Source: a virus. Taken from it: a stretch of 64,000 nucleotides of DNA. The stretch's first letter is position 1. The number at the start of each line of letters is the position of its first letter. The stretch is taken from IMG/VR virus record IMGVR_UViG_3300033153_005694, positions 1 through 64,000 of that record; one strand, 5' to 3'. Shown piece after piece: positions 51,368 through 60,767 of the stretch. The notes under the pieces are model-generated. The model did no database searches and had not been told where the DNA came from. It saw nothing but the letters and a program-made list of their open reading frames with translations. A program made the translations under genes and the position numbers.

Positions 51368-51526
51368 TTAAGTTCTCCAAGCTAGGTAAATAAGAGGTAA
51401 AGCTGCTATAGTTGGTATGATAGAGCCTGTAATTAGTCCTATAGTAAATAGTGGCATTGCAGTGCAGTCATAGAAGCTGTATTTTTTCGTAGAAAAATAT
51501 GTGTCTAATTTGTGGATAAATTTTAT
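51368..51526 (-). CDS. Small membrane protein with ATA in the start position
   Basis: AAGGAG RBS then ATA AAA TTT ATC..; 52-aa open frame with hydrophobic C-half. Confidence 0.35.
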   Translation of the reverse strand: MKFIHKLDTYFSTKKYSFYDCTAMPLFTIGLITGSIIPTIAALPLIYLAWRT

Positions 51527-51925
51527 GGAATCTCCTTTGTAGGGATTAGAGTAACTTCACATCTAGGATTGACTTTGTCTTGGGAAATCACTTTCCAAGT
51601 TGTACCTAGATGAAACTTAGTGTTGTCTTGTTCTACTATGTTGTGCTCTTGTAAAGCATCGAGTACGAATTTTTCCACCATGGAAGCGATATTTGAACCG
51701 TCGCAAGATGGGTTTTTGTAATACAGATGAATTTCAAGAGTGTATGAGCTGGAAATAACATTACCGGTTAGTTGCTGTTTAACAAGCTCGTGGTAATGGG
51801 TTTTGACTTCATTCTTCTCATGGTAGTGAGAATTACCGGTACCAATTCATACCAACTAAGAACGTTTTATCGTCTTTAGTCTTGTAGGTTTTGGTGTAAT
51901 AGATAGGGAGTATTAAATTACTCAT
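51523..51925 (-). pseudogene. RusA-like Holliday junction resolvase, +1 frameshift near 51837
   Basis: MSNLILPIYY..GMNWYR / NSHYHEKN..CDGSNIASMVEKFVLDALQE..IVEQDN..NPRCEV; extra base in tac cgg taat. Confidence 0.7.
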
Positions 51926-52431
51926 GAAGAGGGCTCCTCCTTTATAGATTGTATAGGTATGTTGAGATTATGCTCAAGTATATAACTATTTCTGACAAGT
52001 AAGGCGGTATATTCTGTATTATAATAGCCAAGGTGTGTTTCTCTACCTTTACTAATAGATAGGAATACTGCCCATTTACCATTTCGTTTATAAAAACGTA
52101 TACCTTTATAGTTACCTATTTGCTTACTTGAAGGTACTTTCCTGTTTAGTGAATTATCCCTAGGAGTAACAAACCTACAATTAGAAGGCTCATAGTTACC
52201 ATCGGAGTCTTTACGATCGATTTGCAAGTTTTCCTGGTGTCCATTAGCCAATGCCCAACTTTTAAAAATTGGGTAGTCTTCCCATTCAGTACATACAGAG
52301 ATGCCTTTATGCTTATAGTACTGTGCAGAATCTACACAGTCATACTTACATCTAGCTCTCATGTTATACCATAGGAGATATAGCTTTGTTTTATTTCCCT
52401 TGTTAGCATCGTTATGTATACGTTTACCCAT
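51922..52431 (-). mobile_element. HNH/AP2 endonuclease
   Basis: LY..W.NMRARC..GISVC.EW..QIDRKDSDGNYEPSNCRF; related to 44676..45257. Confidence 0.88.
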
Positions 52432-52506
52432 AGTAATCCCTTATCATATTAATATATGTAATTATATACCAATTCAACTTAGATATTACTTAAGTAGATA
52501 GGGAGA

Positions 52507-52800
52507 TTAAGCACCGGCTATCTTCAGCTTAAGTGCCGCTGATGGTTTAAATTTGATAACTTGCTTAGCTGGAGTGCTGTATGTTGTGCCTGTTGAGGGT
52601 GATATACCAGACTGTGCAGCTTGAGTTGCAGGTTTAAAACCACCGAATGCTTGACCTAGATATACTTCGCTGCCTTCAGAAATGTGGTTTGAAATAACTG
52701 TTAAAAGTTCGTCCAGTACTTCAGTAGCTGCTGCTTTTGAACCTAGTCTGTTGTGGTTTGCTAGTGTGTCAATGATGTCTAATTTTGAGATTTGTGCCAT
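52507..52800 (-). CDS. HU/IHF-family DNA-binding protein
   Basis: FGGFK..G.SP.TG....PAK.VIKFKPS.ALK; AGGAGG RBS. Confidence 0.88.
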   Translation of the reverse strand: MAQISKLDIIDTLANHNRLGSKAAATEVLDELLTVISNHISEGSEVYLGQAFGGFKPATQAAQSGISPSTGTTYSTPAKQVIKFKPSAALKLKIAGA

Positions 52801-52821
52801 AATGGCCTCCTGTAGTATTAA

Positions 52822-52920
52822 AATGGTGGGCTTACACCAAGAACGACCGCGATACGCAATCTTCTCGGAATTAAACTTGCAGTGTGTGCTGCAGAGGTAT
52901 CCGCTTGGCTGCCAAGGGGC
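52822..52920 (-). ncRNA. Candidate structured RNA in the HU leader
   Basis: GC-rich intergenic segment with nested stems GCCAAG/CUUGGU, GCGGAUAC/GUAUCGC, UGCAG/CUGCA. Confidence 0.4.
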
Positions 52921-53177
52921 TAGATAAAATATTCTGGGTAGCGCTCTTTGTATATAGGATCTATATATGTAGGACTATCTTCAGTAAAATAGTATTTTAT
53001 AGCTGCAGATTTATAATCTTCTAAAGAATTTACAGAGTAGTTTGATAAAAGAATAAAAGCTATAAGTGATTTACAGTCTTTCTCAAAAGTACTTAAAATA
53101 AAAGCAAAACCTTGGGCTGTGTAGTCTGTAGGACATCCTTGTGTTAATAAGGATAGAAGTAACGTTGTAGAATTCAT
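52920..53177 (-). CDS. Hypothetical protein with C-terminal YPEYFI tag
   Basis: Ends KERYPEYFI*. Confidence 0.7.
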   Translation of the reverse strand: MNSTTLLLSLLTQGCPTDYTAQGFAFILSTFEKDCKSLIAFILLSNYSVNSLEDYKSAAIKYYFTEDSPTYIDPIYKERYPEYFI

Positions 53178-53185
53178 AGTAGTTT

Positions 53186-53752
53186 CTAGTGTTTAACAAA
53201 ATTAATACCATTATATTGAGCTAGTTTAGTCATACAGTATCTGCAAGATGTTCCACATTCGACGTTTGAGCCTGCGGTGACTGGACAAGTGAATATAGAA
53301 GGATCTAGGTTTTCCACTTTGTCGTAGTTTAGTGAGCCGTGCATTAGTGAGTCGATGATGATTACATTTGGCATGCTCATTAAAGATGAAAAGTTGAAGT
53401 CACGTAAGCGTTTAGTAAAGGTATAGAATATGAAATTTGGGAGTAAACGGGCAATAGTGGACCACTTGTCGACGTAGGCTTGAGAGTGAAATTCGCCTGA
53501 CTCGTGTATACGAACTGTATGGCAAGGTCTGCGGTAGGATTTGAGTTCAGAGACTACGAGTTCAACGAATTCGTCAGTTTTGGAGATGTCTAAGCGAGCT
53601 TGACGATAAGGGACTACGGTTTTTGGAAAACGCTTTTGAGCTTTCAAAGCATAGCAACCTGGACATGTACGACCACATACAGACTTGTCAACGAGAATGT
53701 TGAAGATGTATTGGTCTTTAAGTTTGCTGTTTTGGAATTTGAATAGTTTCAT
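53186..53752 (-). CDS. GP88-like protein (radical-SAM related)
   Basis: CGRTCPGCYA, VRIHESGEF, FYTFTK, CPV..CGTSCRYC. Confidence 0.7.
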   Translation of the reverse strand: MKLFKFQNSKLKDQYIFNILVDKSVCGRTCPGCYALKAQKRFPKTVVPYRQARLDISKTDEFVELVVSELKSYRRPCHTVRIHESGEFHSQAYVDKWSTIARLLPNFIFYTFTKRLRDFNFSSLMSMPNVIIIDSLMHGSLNYDKVENLDPSIFTCPVTAGSNVECGTSCRYCMTKLAQYNGINFVKH

Positions 53753-53994
53753 ATAAACATCTCCGGATGATACTCTTTATAGTTGTGGTATTTGTGGGAT
53801 TCCTCAGCATAACCTGTAGTAGCGAAAAATTGCTTAAGATAAGTTTCAGTACCGATTTTGGATTTGGAAATAGGTAGGATATTGCCATAATCTGAGATGA
53901 CTAGGTAAGTTTTGTCGGTTTCGTCGATTACTGTAAGGTTGCCGGATTTACGTCCGTCTTTGGTATAAATAATGTCGTTAATTTTGAATTTCAT
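53749..53994 (-). CDS. Hypothetical protein with C-terminal HPEMFI tag
   Basis: SH3/KOW-like KINDIIYTKDGR; ends KEYHPEMFI*. Confidence 0.7.
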   Translation of the reverse strand: MKFKINDIIYTKDGRKSGNLTVIDETDKTYLVISDYGNILPISKSKIGTETYLKQFFATTGYAEESHKYHNYKEYHPEMFI

Positions 53995-54191
53995 ATAAGT
54001 AACTCCGGGAATTTGTTAGTGGTATCAGATGCTAGTACGTCTTGCTCTGCTGTAATCTGCTATAAGTAGTATCTAAAAATATCTAGATTACTGGTTTGGT
54101 AAGAAGTATAGCCTGCTGTGTTGGATTGAGTACCTATGGTATAGGTAATTGAATCATCGACGTTTAGCGGGACTCCAAATAAACCTGTCAT
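53991..54191 (-). pseudogene. Tagged small gene with internal TAG (54060-54062)
   Basis: MTGLFGVPLNVDDSITY..RYYL*QITAE..NKFPELLI*; ATGA overlaps at both ends. Confidence 0.6.
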
Positions 54192-56008
54192 GGTATGTCC
54201 TTCAAGGCTTGGGTGATGTGGGCTAATGAAGCGTCGTTAGGCAATTCAACTAGATTAGCCCAGTTTGGACCAATATCTAGATTTGCAGCATTGTGGACTA
54301 TTTGATCAGGCATAAAATCTTTAGTCATCACTGGAATGAGATTGTCGTTAAGCCACTTGATGATTTGTGGATCATTACGGACTTCAAAATAGATGCTATC
54401 GTAGATAGTTGAAGTAACGATGATGTCGTCTTGCAAGTTTGCATCGTCGATGAGTTGGTGCATCTTGTTGATGGTTAAAGCTGTAAGGATTGACCAGAAT
54501 TGGCAAGTTGCATTATTGAGAGTACGAATATCACGATCTGGAGAATCTGACTTAATATAGAAACCAAGACCTAGATGTATTTGGCCGTGTTGTCGTGCTG
54601 TAGGTAAAACGTAGTTCTCTCGATATTCGGTGATACCTGGATATAGGGTATTGTGGTAGTTGTTAAAGATTGCTTCGGCTGCTGGTAGTGAAATTTTGAG
54701 CGATGATGCAACTTTCGGTGGAAATGCACCATAAGATAAACCAAATGTAGCACCTTTACCTTTTTGTCGGATTGCATCGAGAGATTTGTTTGAGTGTCGC
54801 AGTTTGTCGAAGGCTTTAACGTCGATGACTGTATCGCCGGTTATCGGCATTTGTGCTGCAACTTCATCAGGGAAATAACCGTAAGCGTTTAAGCAGTGGC
54901 CATCTAGTCCTTCAAGGAATACATTGCATTTGTTAGTGTCACGGGATAGTGAAGCAATGACTCGGTCTTCCAAAGCTGAGTAATCGGCTGTAGCGATGAT
55001 GAAGCCTGGAGGTGCTGTAAAGCATTGCTTGATGGGTTTGGCAAATATCGAGCCTGTTGAAGGCATATTTAGCATGTTTGGATTGGATGATGTATAGCGA
55101 CCTGACTTAGCGCCTAAAAGTTTATAGGAGCCGTATAGGCGGTCGTTTACGGTGTAGCGATAAAATGCTTCGATGAAGTTGTTACGGACTATAGCGGCAA
55201 AGGAATGATCGATAAAGCACTGTGTGAAGTGCTTGATATCGGGATCACTGGTTTCGGAATTAACCCGTTCGACTTGATCACGATTCCAAGAAGGTAAACC
55301 TGTGTCTTTGGAAGTAGCTTCGGACTTGATACCTAGCATGTTGAAAAGTTCGGTCTTTTGCTTCGGAGAAGCAGGATTGAACTGTGGAATATCAACGGGT
55401 GGACTAGCTATCTTCTCGAGATATTTCGAATTATAAATGTCGGCTTTGTGCTGCGATAAAAGTTCGATGGCTTTAATAGCAATAGAATGGGTGGGGGATA
55501 ATTCACCTTTAAGAAATCGCTGTAAAAGAGGACGATTGAGTGAAAAAGTCTTGACAAGCTTGGCTGGCCATTTAGCGATACCGGTTGGTAGAAGTTCACT
55601 AGGTTGTGTAATACCTTGCTGTATAGCGAAGATGTGCATGAAATATGAACGATGGTTCATATCGTTGAATTTGAATGGCTTGATAAAGTCGGATGGTTGT
55701 TTAAGCTTGGATTGTTGGTCTGTGATGTAATCTTTGATTTTAGATTTGTGGGTCTTTGCAATGTAGCGCTGGATGATGGGGTTAGACGCTAGCTCTTCCG
55801 CGACTTTGGCTAACTGTGCATCGAGAACAGTCTCGAGTTGTTCGACTCTGTCGAGATCGATGTGGAGACCATTTCCCATAAGCCTTACACTATCTCGGAT
55901 AAGATGTTTAGCGGTGGTTTGGTAGAATTCATCGATTGATGGAGATACAGTGCGAGGTTCAGGAGCTGGGAGTAAACTCCAAGGTGAATAGTGAGCTGAG
56001 GTGGTCAT
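54188..56008 (-). CDS. Family A DNA polymerase, polymerase domain
   Basis: SGRYTSSNPNM.N, ADYSALEDR (A), RQKGKGATFGLSYG (B, Phe762 type), TIYDSI (C). Confidence 0.93.
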   Translation of the reverse strand: MTTSAHYSPWSLLPAPEPRTVSPSIDEFYQTTAKHLIRDSVRLMGNGLHIDLDRVEQLETVLDAQLAKVAEELASNPIIQRYIAKTHKSKIKDYITDQQSKLKQPSDFIKPFKFNDMNHRSYFMHIFAIQQGITQPSELLPTGIAKWPAKLVKTFSLNRPLLQRFLKGELSPTHSIAIKAIELLSQHKADIYNSKYLEKIASPPVDIPQFNPASPKQKTELFNMLGIKSEATSKDTGLPSWNRDQVERVNSETSDPDIKHFTQCFIDHSFAAIVRNNFIEAFYRYTVNDRLYGSYKLLGAKSGRYTSSNPNMLNMPSTGSIFAKPIKQCFTAPPGFIIATADYSALEDRVIASLSRDTNKCNVFLEGLDGHCLNAYGYFPDEVAAQMPITGDTVIDVKAFDKLRHSNKSLDAIRQKGKGATFGLSYGAFPPKVASSLKISLPAAEAIFNNYHNTLYPGITEYRENYVLPTARQHGQIHLGLGFYIKSDSPDRDIRTLNNATCQFWSILTALTINKMHQLIDDANLQDDIIVTSTIYDSIYFEVRNDPQIIKWLNDNLIPVMTKDFMPDQIVHNAANLDIGPNWANLVELPNDASLAHITQALKDIP

Positions 56009-56016
56009 AGGATTCC

Positions 56017-56304
56017 TTAGATAAAATATTCAGGGTATTGATTGGGGTTTTGGAGAACAAAGATAGGAAGGGCTGAATTAAAAATTTGCTTATGTCTAGT
56101 TGATGGCCATCTGCCTTTAGAGTCTGGGCCTTGATGAGTAGCAGGATATTTGTAGTAAAATAAAGGTTTACGACCATCCCAGCAAGTATCTAAGCGAGTA
56201 TCGTAGGTCTCTAGTACATGCTTTTTATCCAGCGGTATTTGGGTATATAGCCAATCTAGGTCTTCGAGACTAGTGATCTGGATGGTGTATTTGTTGATAT
56301 CCAT
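56017..56304 (-). CDS. Hypothetical protein with C-terminal YPEYFI tag
   Basis: Ends NQYPEYFI*. Confidence 0.7.
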   Translation of the reverse strand: MDINKYTIQITSLEDLDWLYTQIPLDKKHVLETYDTRLDTCWDGRKPLFYYKYPATHQGPDSKGRWPSTRHKQIFNSALPIFVLQNPNQYPEYFI

Positions 56305-56306
56305 AA

Positions 56307-56591
56307 CTAGATGAATAATTCAGGCCATTCGGTGCTGTTATAGGCTAATTGCTCGTTAATGACTACATACTCATAAGGATTACAGGCCAAACGTTTAGGT
56401 TCAGGTCTAGAGTGAGTTTGCGGATCACGCATATACCAACCCTCAACCCATGGGTCTCTGATAAGAACGTAGATGTTCTCCTTTGTGACTTTGTCTACAG
56501 TTGTAATAGTGTCGTTATAGCGTGAGCCGTAGCCTTTAACTAGGATAGTATCGCCTATTTTGATTGGACGGCCTAAGATGTCTTGAAGCAT
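56307..56591 (-). CDS. Hypothetical protein with C-terminal WPELFI tag
   Basis: DILGRPIKIGDTI KOW-like start; ends TEWPELFI*. Confidence 0.7.
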   Translation of the reverse strand: MLQDILGRPIKIGDTILVKGYGSRYNDTITTVDKVTKENIYVLIRDPWVEGWYMRDPQTHSRPEPKRLACNPYEYVVINEQLAYNSTEWPELFI

Positions 56592-56600
56592 AGAGAGTCC

Positions 56601-56775
56601 TTAAATAAAAAATTCGGGGTATTGGTCTTTGAAATCGTTGAGAGTTGAAAGTGTAAACTTGTGGTCGGATAAGTAATCGTTGAGGTATAGCGATGTACTA
56701 GTAATCGACGTATTTGATGGTTGTAAAAGGTATACTAAGTTTGCGATATATCGTCTTGAGATGTAGAGTTAGCAT
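56601..56775 (-). pseudogene. Frameshifted tagged small gene
   Basis: RBS and ATG at 56775 are in a different frame from the 3' part ending DFKDQYPEFFI*. Confidence 0.55.
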
Positions 56776-57424
56776 TGGATTCCTTTACGTAAGTATTGAT
56801 TGAATCGAATAGTTTGTAAGTTGCACAAGCATCAATTGCTGCATAGTGGTGAACGTGTTCATCGTAAATGGTAGATAAGTCAAAGTTATCGGCGGATATC
56901 GCCCAATTTCCATACCACTTTCCAGCTAGCTCTTTGAGGCCAGTGTTAGCTTTCCAAGTCTCGACATGGTTGAGAATGGTTTTAGCGTAGATTTGCGTGT
57001 CTTCGTAGCTGATTGGCATCTTGCCTGTATGGTAATAAATATGCTTGAAATCGTAGGAAGCATTGTGCCATATTTGCTGCTTTTTGGTGGTAACCAAGAA
57101 GTTAAGAATTAAGTTGGTAATTCGAGGATTATCGAGAATGAATACATAAGCCTCAGAATCGCTAATTGCAATACTACAATGGGTTAAAACAACATGAGAT
57201 GGGTGGTCGAGAGCTGTAGCTCGAAGTTTAGATTCGAGTTCGATACGTCTACGTTTCGGTGGATTAGTATCTAGTTCAGCTTGCATTGAGGCTAGATCTG
57301 CTGGAGTATAGCGAATAGCGGTTTCGAAATCAGCTGCGAATAAGGCAGGTAATGAGCGAAGCCATTGATTTGCGGTATAAGCAGATTTGGTAGATTGGTA
57401 GGTGACTTTGATTGATTGCTGCAT
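56735..57424 (-). CDS. 3'-5' exonuclease domain of family A DNA polymerase (separate gene)
   Basis: ADFET (Exo I), WHNASYD (Exo II), YAAIDA (Exo III). Confidence 0.88.
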   Translation of the reverse strand: MQQSIKVTYQSTKSAYTANQWLRSLPALFAADFETAIRYTPADLASMQAELDTNPPKRRRIELESKLRATALDHPSHVVLTHCSIAISDSEAYVFILDNPRITNLILNFLVTTKKQQIWHNASYDFKHIYYHTGKMPISYEDTQIYAKTILNHVETWKANTGLKELAGKWYGNWAISADNFDLSTIYDEHVHHYAAIDACATYKLFDSINTYVKESNANSTSQDDISQT

Positions 57425-57432
57425 GACGAGTC

Positions 57433-57618
57433 CTAGATAAGCAATTCGGGATATTGCTCTTGAAGTTGAGGTAAAATAATAGTTGGAATATCACTAGACA
57501 ACTCAGTACAGATTTGCCCAATTGAGCAATCTCCACAATTGCTGCCGCTATAGTATATAATGTTGTTTTGTATATAAGTATCAGGATGGGATAATAAAGT
57601 AACATATTTGTCTAACAT
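57433..57618 (-). CDS. Cys-containing small protein with C-terminal YPELLI tag
   Basis: CGDCSIGQIC; ends EQYPELLI*. Confidence 0.65.
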   Translation of the reverse strand: MLDKYVTLLSHPDTYIQNNIIYYSGSNCGDCSIGQICTELSSDIPTIILPQLQEQYPELLI

Positions 57619-57626
57619 AGGTGCTC

Positions 57627-59042
57627 CTATAGGTGAGTTGCGTTATAAAGCTCTTTCGAAGTTCTAGTAACTGCTACATAGTATAAGTTTAAAGATTCGC
57701 GCTCTTGAGGTGAGAGTTGGGATAATGGTAAGCCATGTTTGATTGATTTGATAGAATCTGCGGTAGATTCATTAAGGTCATTAGCGATAGTTACTTCATC
57801 GAATTCAGCACCTTTGCAAGAATGTACAGTTGCAAGTGTGTAAGCTTGGGATGATTGCTCGTGTTTGCGAGCTTCAGCATAAGAATCGAGAATTACAGAT
57901 TTGCCGTGTCGTTGAAGAAGACGGATGGCTTGAACTAGTTGTATATCGTCTTTGTAGAGAGACGCTAGGTATACTATGGGTGATTTGTAAGTGTCTTTAA
58001 GTAGCTGGTCTTCATACCAGTCATCGATATCTGCTTGAATGAACTTGTAGCCAGGATCAGTGATGAAACCTTGATATTTGAGACTGCATAGCATTAAAGG
58101 TAGCTTGAAGATATCTTTAGCCTTGCGGACTAGGCCGTAAGGGATGTTAAGCTGGTTAAGCTCGATCATCTTATGGATAAGTGCAGAGTTAGTACGCGTT
58201 AAGTAAGCTCTAGTTGAGATTGTTGGGTCGACTAAAGGTACACCTTTGAAAGACATAGAAGAATCTAGGTAAGATTGGCAGAAATGCTCGATTTTAGTAG
58301 CGATTGTGTTAGGAACTCTGAAAGATTGTGACATCTGGAATAAAGTGCCTTCGTCTTTGAGAACTTCAAAGCAGTTGATTGTGTAGTTGAATGTGTAGAT
58401 GTTTTGGAATGGGTCACCTACTGCAATTTTGCGAGGTGATGGTAGGAGTTTGAAAATTTCAAGAGTAACCTCGTTAAGGTCACCGGCCTCATCCAGCATA
58501 ATGAAGTCAAAGTTGTCGTAAGCTACCTCGCCTTTGTGAAGTAAAATGTGAAACAGTTTGAGGTAAAAGTCGTGAGTACAATCGATCTTGCCAGAATGCA
58601 TAAGACCTAGGTATTTAGTTGCGATCTTGGTGTATAAAGGTGGAAGCTGGTATTCATCAGCATATTCGGTGTATGTTAGGAATTTAGATAAGCAGAATGC
58701 TTTGATACTATTGATGATTTCCCATTTAGTTTCGTACTTGATTTTCTCAGTAATAGTTTTATAGTTGAAAAAGCCTACAGAAAGTTTAAGAGGGATAACT
58801 GTAGCACGGTAAGCCATTGAGTGAGTTGTCATACAGTGAGTTGAAGATGGGAATTTCCTCTTCGAGTCGTTAGCTACGGATGTATTGTAGGCTAGATAAA
58901 GACCATTGGTATGTGGAATTGCTTTAGCGATAGCTGTAAGCATGGTAGTTTTGCCAGATCCGGCTATTGATGAGATAAGGGTTAGGCCTTCAGTAGCTTG
59001 AATATAGTCGAGGATAGGCTGTTGTTCAGGAGTTAGCTGCAT
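57627..59042 (-). CDS. UvrD/Rep-like SF1 helicase
   Basis: AGSGKTT, LAYN, LDEAGD, VGDPFQNIY, SFR, TVHSCKG.EFD, YVAVTR. Confidence 0.93.
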   Translation of the reverse strand: MQLTPEQQPILDYIQATEGLTLISSIAGSGKTTMLTAIAKAIPHTNGLYLAYNTSVANDSKRKFPSSTHCMTTHSMAYRATVIPLKLSVGFFNYKTITEKIKYETKWEIINSIKAFCLSKFLTYTEYADEYQLPPLYTKIATKYLGLMHSGKIDCTHDFYLKLFHILLHKGEVAYDNFDFIMLDEAGDLNEVTLEIFKLLPSPRKIAVGDPFQNIYTFNYTINCFEVLKDEGTLFQMSQSFRVPNTIATKIEHFCQSYLDSSMSFKGVPLVDPTISTRAYLTRTNSALIHKMIELNQLNIPYGLVRKAKDIFKLPLMLCSLKYQGFITDPGYKFIQADIDDWYEDQLLKDTYKSPIVYLASLYKDDIQLVQAIRLLQRHGKSVILDSYAEARKHEQSSQAYTLATVHSCKGAEFDEVTIANDLNESTADSIKSIKHGLPLSQLSPQERESLNLYYVAVTRTSKELYNATHL

Positions 59043-59050
59043 GTAGGTCC

Positions 59051-59299
59051 TTAAATAAAGTATTCGGGATGAGATTGTAGAGTGAAGCGGTCAACTTCGA
59101 TGATACCGTACTTTTTATGATGTTTAACAAAAGTATCAACACTTGTAAAAGTACCTGTAAGTGGGCTTGTAAGAGGCCTAGATAATGCTGTTGATTTATC
59201 TACACACCAATTAGTCCATGTTCCGGTGACAGGATCAGTAACATAGTAACGAGTAGAATCTGAAGGAGTAAGATCCGCTATAGTCATAAGTAATCGCAT
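59051..59299 (-). CDS. Hypothetical protein with C-terminal HPEYFI tag
   Basis: Ends QSHPEYFI*. Confidence 0.7.
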   Translation of the reverse strand: MRLLMTIADLTPSDSTRYYVTDPVTGTWTNWCVDKSTALSRPLTSPLTGTFTSVDTFVKHHKKYGIIEVDRFTLQSHPEYFI

Positions 59300-59307
59300 A
59301 TAAGTCC

Positions 59308-59622
59308 TTAAAGAAGAAGTTCAGGATATTCCTGTTGTAAGTTGAGATCGCAAAGTGGGCGTTTATTAATGTTGAAATCTGCTGTTAAGACTTCACAAAT
59401 AGTATTTAGTTGTGCGGGTGTCCCATATACTTCGAGTATGTTACGTGATTTAATGATTATATTAGAAGGACTAATGCATGCGTCGTTGTAAATTGAAAGA
59501 CGACCTTGTGTCTTTAAGTGATTTCGATGCTCTTCTAAACACTGTTTAGCCATAAACTTGTGGTAGTAAGAATGCCAGAAGATGATAAAATTTCGGGAAG
59601 TATACTTCCAAGATAAAGACAT
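59308..59622 (-). CDS. Hypothetical protein with C-terminal YPELLL tag
   Basis: Ends QEYPELLL*. Confidence 0.7.
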   Translation of the reverse strand: MSLSWKYTSRNFIIFWHSYYHKFMAKQCLEEHRNHLKTQGRLSIYNDACISPSNIIIKSRNILEVYGTPAQLNTICEVLTADFNINKRPLCDLNLQQEYPELLL

Positions 59623-59624
59623 AA

Positions 59625-60071
59625 TTAAAGGAAAAGTTCAGGATACTCTTCTGCGATAAAAGAAGTATCAGGAATTTTAGTAAGGGTATTACGGATATTA
59701 GCTAGGTTATCAAGTAGTTGCTGTTTGATAGTATTTGTTCTAGACTTGATAGCTAGATTTTTAGCAGCTAAGGCGATGATTGGTGATGTGAAAAGAGAGC
59801 AAGAATAATAGTTTACGTTTTTCACGTCGATATTAGAGTGTATTGTTTTTATTCTCCAACCATTCTTGCCTAAAAGAGTTGCACTAGTTGATTTTTCGAC
59901 GATTTTGTCGTCCTTAATGGTAAATAGTTTGCCGGTAGGAGCAAAACTAAATTGCTTATCTCCCCAACTAGTGGTTTTTTCTTTGACTGTAACCTCGTAA
60001 GTTCGTAAAGATTTGCCTTGTATATTGCCGGTTTGTGTAACAGATGTTGGTTCAATTAAATATGCTATCAT
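59625..60071 (-). CDS. Hypothetical protein with C-terminal YPELFL tag
   Basis: Ends EEYPELFL*. Confidence 0.7.
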   Translation of the reverse strand: MIAYLIEPTSVTQTGNIQGKSLRTYEVTVKEKTTSWGDKQFSFAPTGKLFTIKDDKIVEKSTSATLLGKNGWRIKTIHSNIDVKNVNYYSCSLFTSPIIALAAKNLAIKSRTNTIKQQLLDNLANIRNTLTKIPDTSFIAEEYPELFL

Positions 60072-60080
60072 AAGAGTCCT

Positions 60081-60287
60081 TTAGATTTGAAGTTCAGAGT
60101 GTTGCCTGAATAAAATGTCGAGAAGTTGACCTAGAGTGTCGGCTTCGAAAGTATGTTGGTCGATGGTAATTCCACTTTGAAAGTCGTGGACAGACTTCCA
60201 AACGCTATCGATAGTATTGCTTGCAGTTACCCAATTTTCGGGGTCTGTTAAGGTTTTAGTAGCTATAGAGCTGATAGAAGTTGCCAT
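60081..60287 (-). CDS. Hypothetical protein with degenerate tag HSELQI
   Basis: Ends RQHSELQI*. Confidence 0.6.
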   Translation of the reverse strand: MATSISSIATKTLTDPENWVTASNTIDSVWKSVHDFQSGITIDQHTFEADTLGQLLDILFRQHSELQI

Positions 60288-60311
60288 ATGGGTCCTTTGG
60301 GTAAATAGAAG

Positions 60312-60340
60312 AGAGCCTCCAAGATAAAATCTGGAAGCTC
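60312..60340 (-). terminator. Hairpin/terminator after the phosphoesterase gene
   Basis: Imperfect inverted repeat gagcctccaagat..atctggaagctc followed on the - strand by tcttctattt. Confidence 0.45.
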
Positions 60341-60347
60341 GATCTAG

Positions 60348-60767
60348 TTACGAGATGTTAAATAAATTTCGAGAAATCTCACCGTTATCGATATGATAGG
60401 TAATTGACTTTATGGTACCAGGAGAACGTCGGTATCCATGAGCGTATGCCCAATCATTGAGAGGTGCTAAGTTTCGATGCGATTCAGCTTTGCATAAACG
60501 TGTATCGACTACTGCGTCTTTGTGGGTGTGTCCAAAGTGTGCAAATCGGTGTTTAGTGGAGCTGAATATAGTTTGGCAGTCATGAGCCATGACTTCACCT
60601 GCATGTGCCATCTTCATACCATCACCGTGGGCAAATTGTAGGAGAGTAGTGCCGTGTTGGTGGTATTTGATGTTTGTAGGTGTGTCATCGACTATAACTC
60701 TAGGATTGTCCTTAAAGGCCATACGAATGACCTCACGAACAGCTACTCCAGATGATACGTCGTGATT
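60348..60767 (-). CDS. Metallophosphoesterase exon 2
   Basis: Starts NHD; FAHGD and FGHTH motifs. Confidence 0.85.
   Translation of the reverse strand, partial: NHDVSSGVAVREVIRMAFKDNPRVIVDDTPTNIKYHQHGTTLLQFAHGDGMKMAHAGEVMAHDCQTIFSSTKHRFAHFGHTHKDAVVDTRLCKAESHRNLAPLNDWAYAHGYRRSPGTIKSITYHIDNGEISRNLFNIS

Noticed and set aside
52822-52900. tRNA (segment ends CCCACCA on the - strand)
   Set aside because: No TTCRA T-loop or cloverleaf arrangement; kept only as an unknown structured RNA.
52920-60290. Integron-like attC or DNA repeat behind the shared gene ends
   Set aside because: Third codon positions and downstream spacers vary, and no palindromic recombination site is visible.
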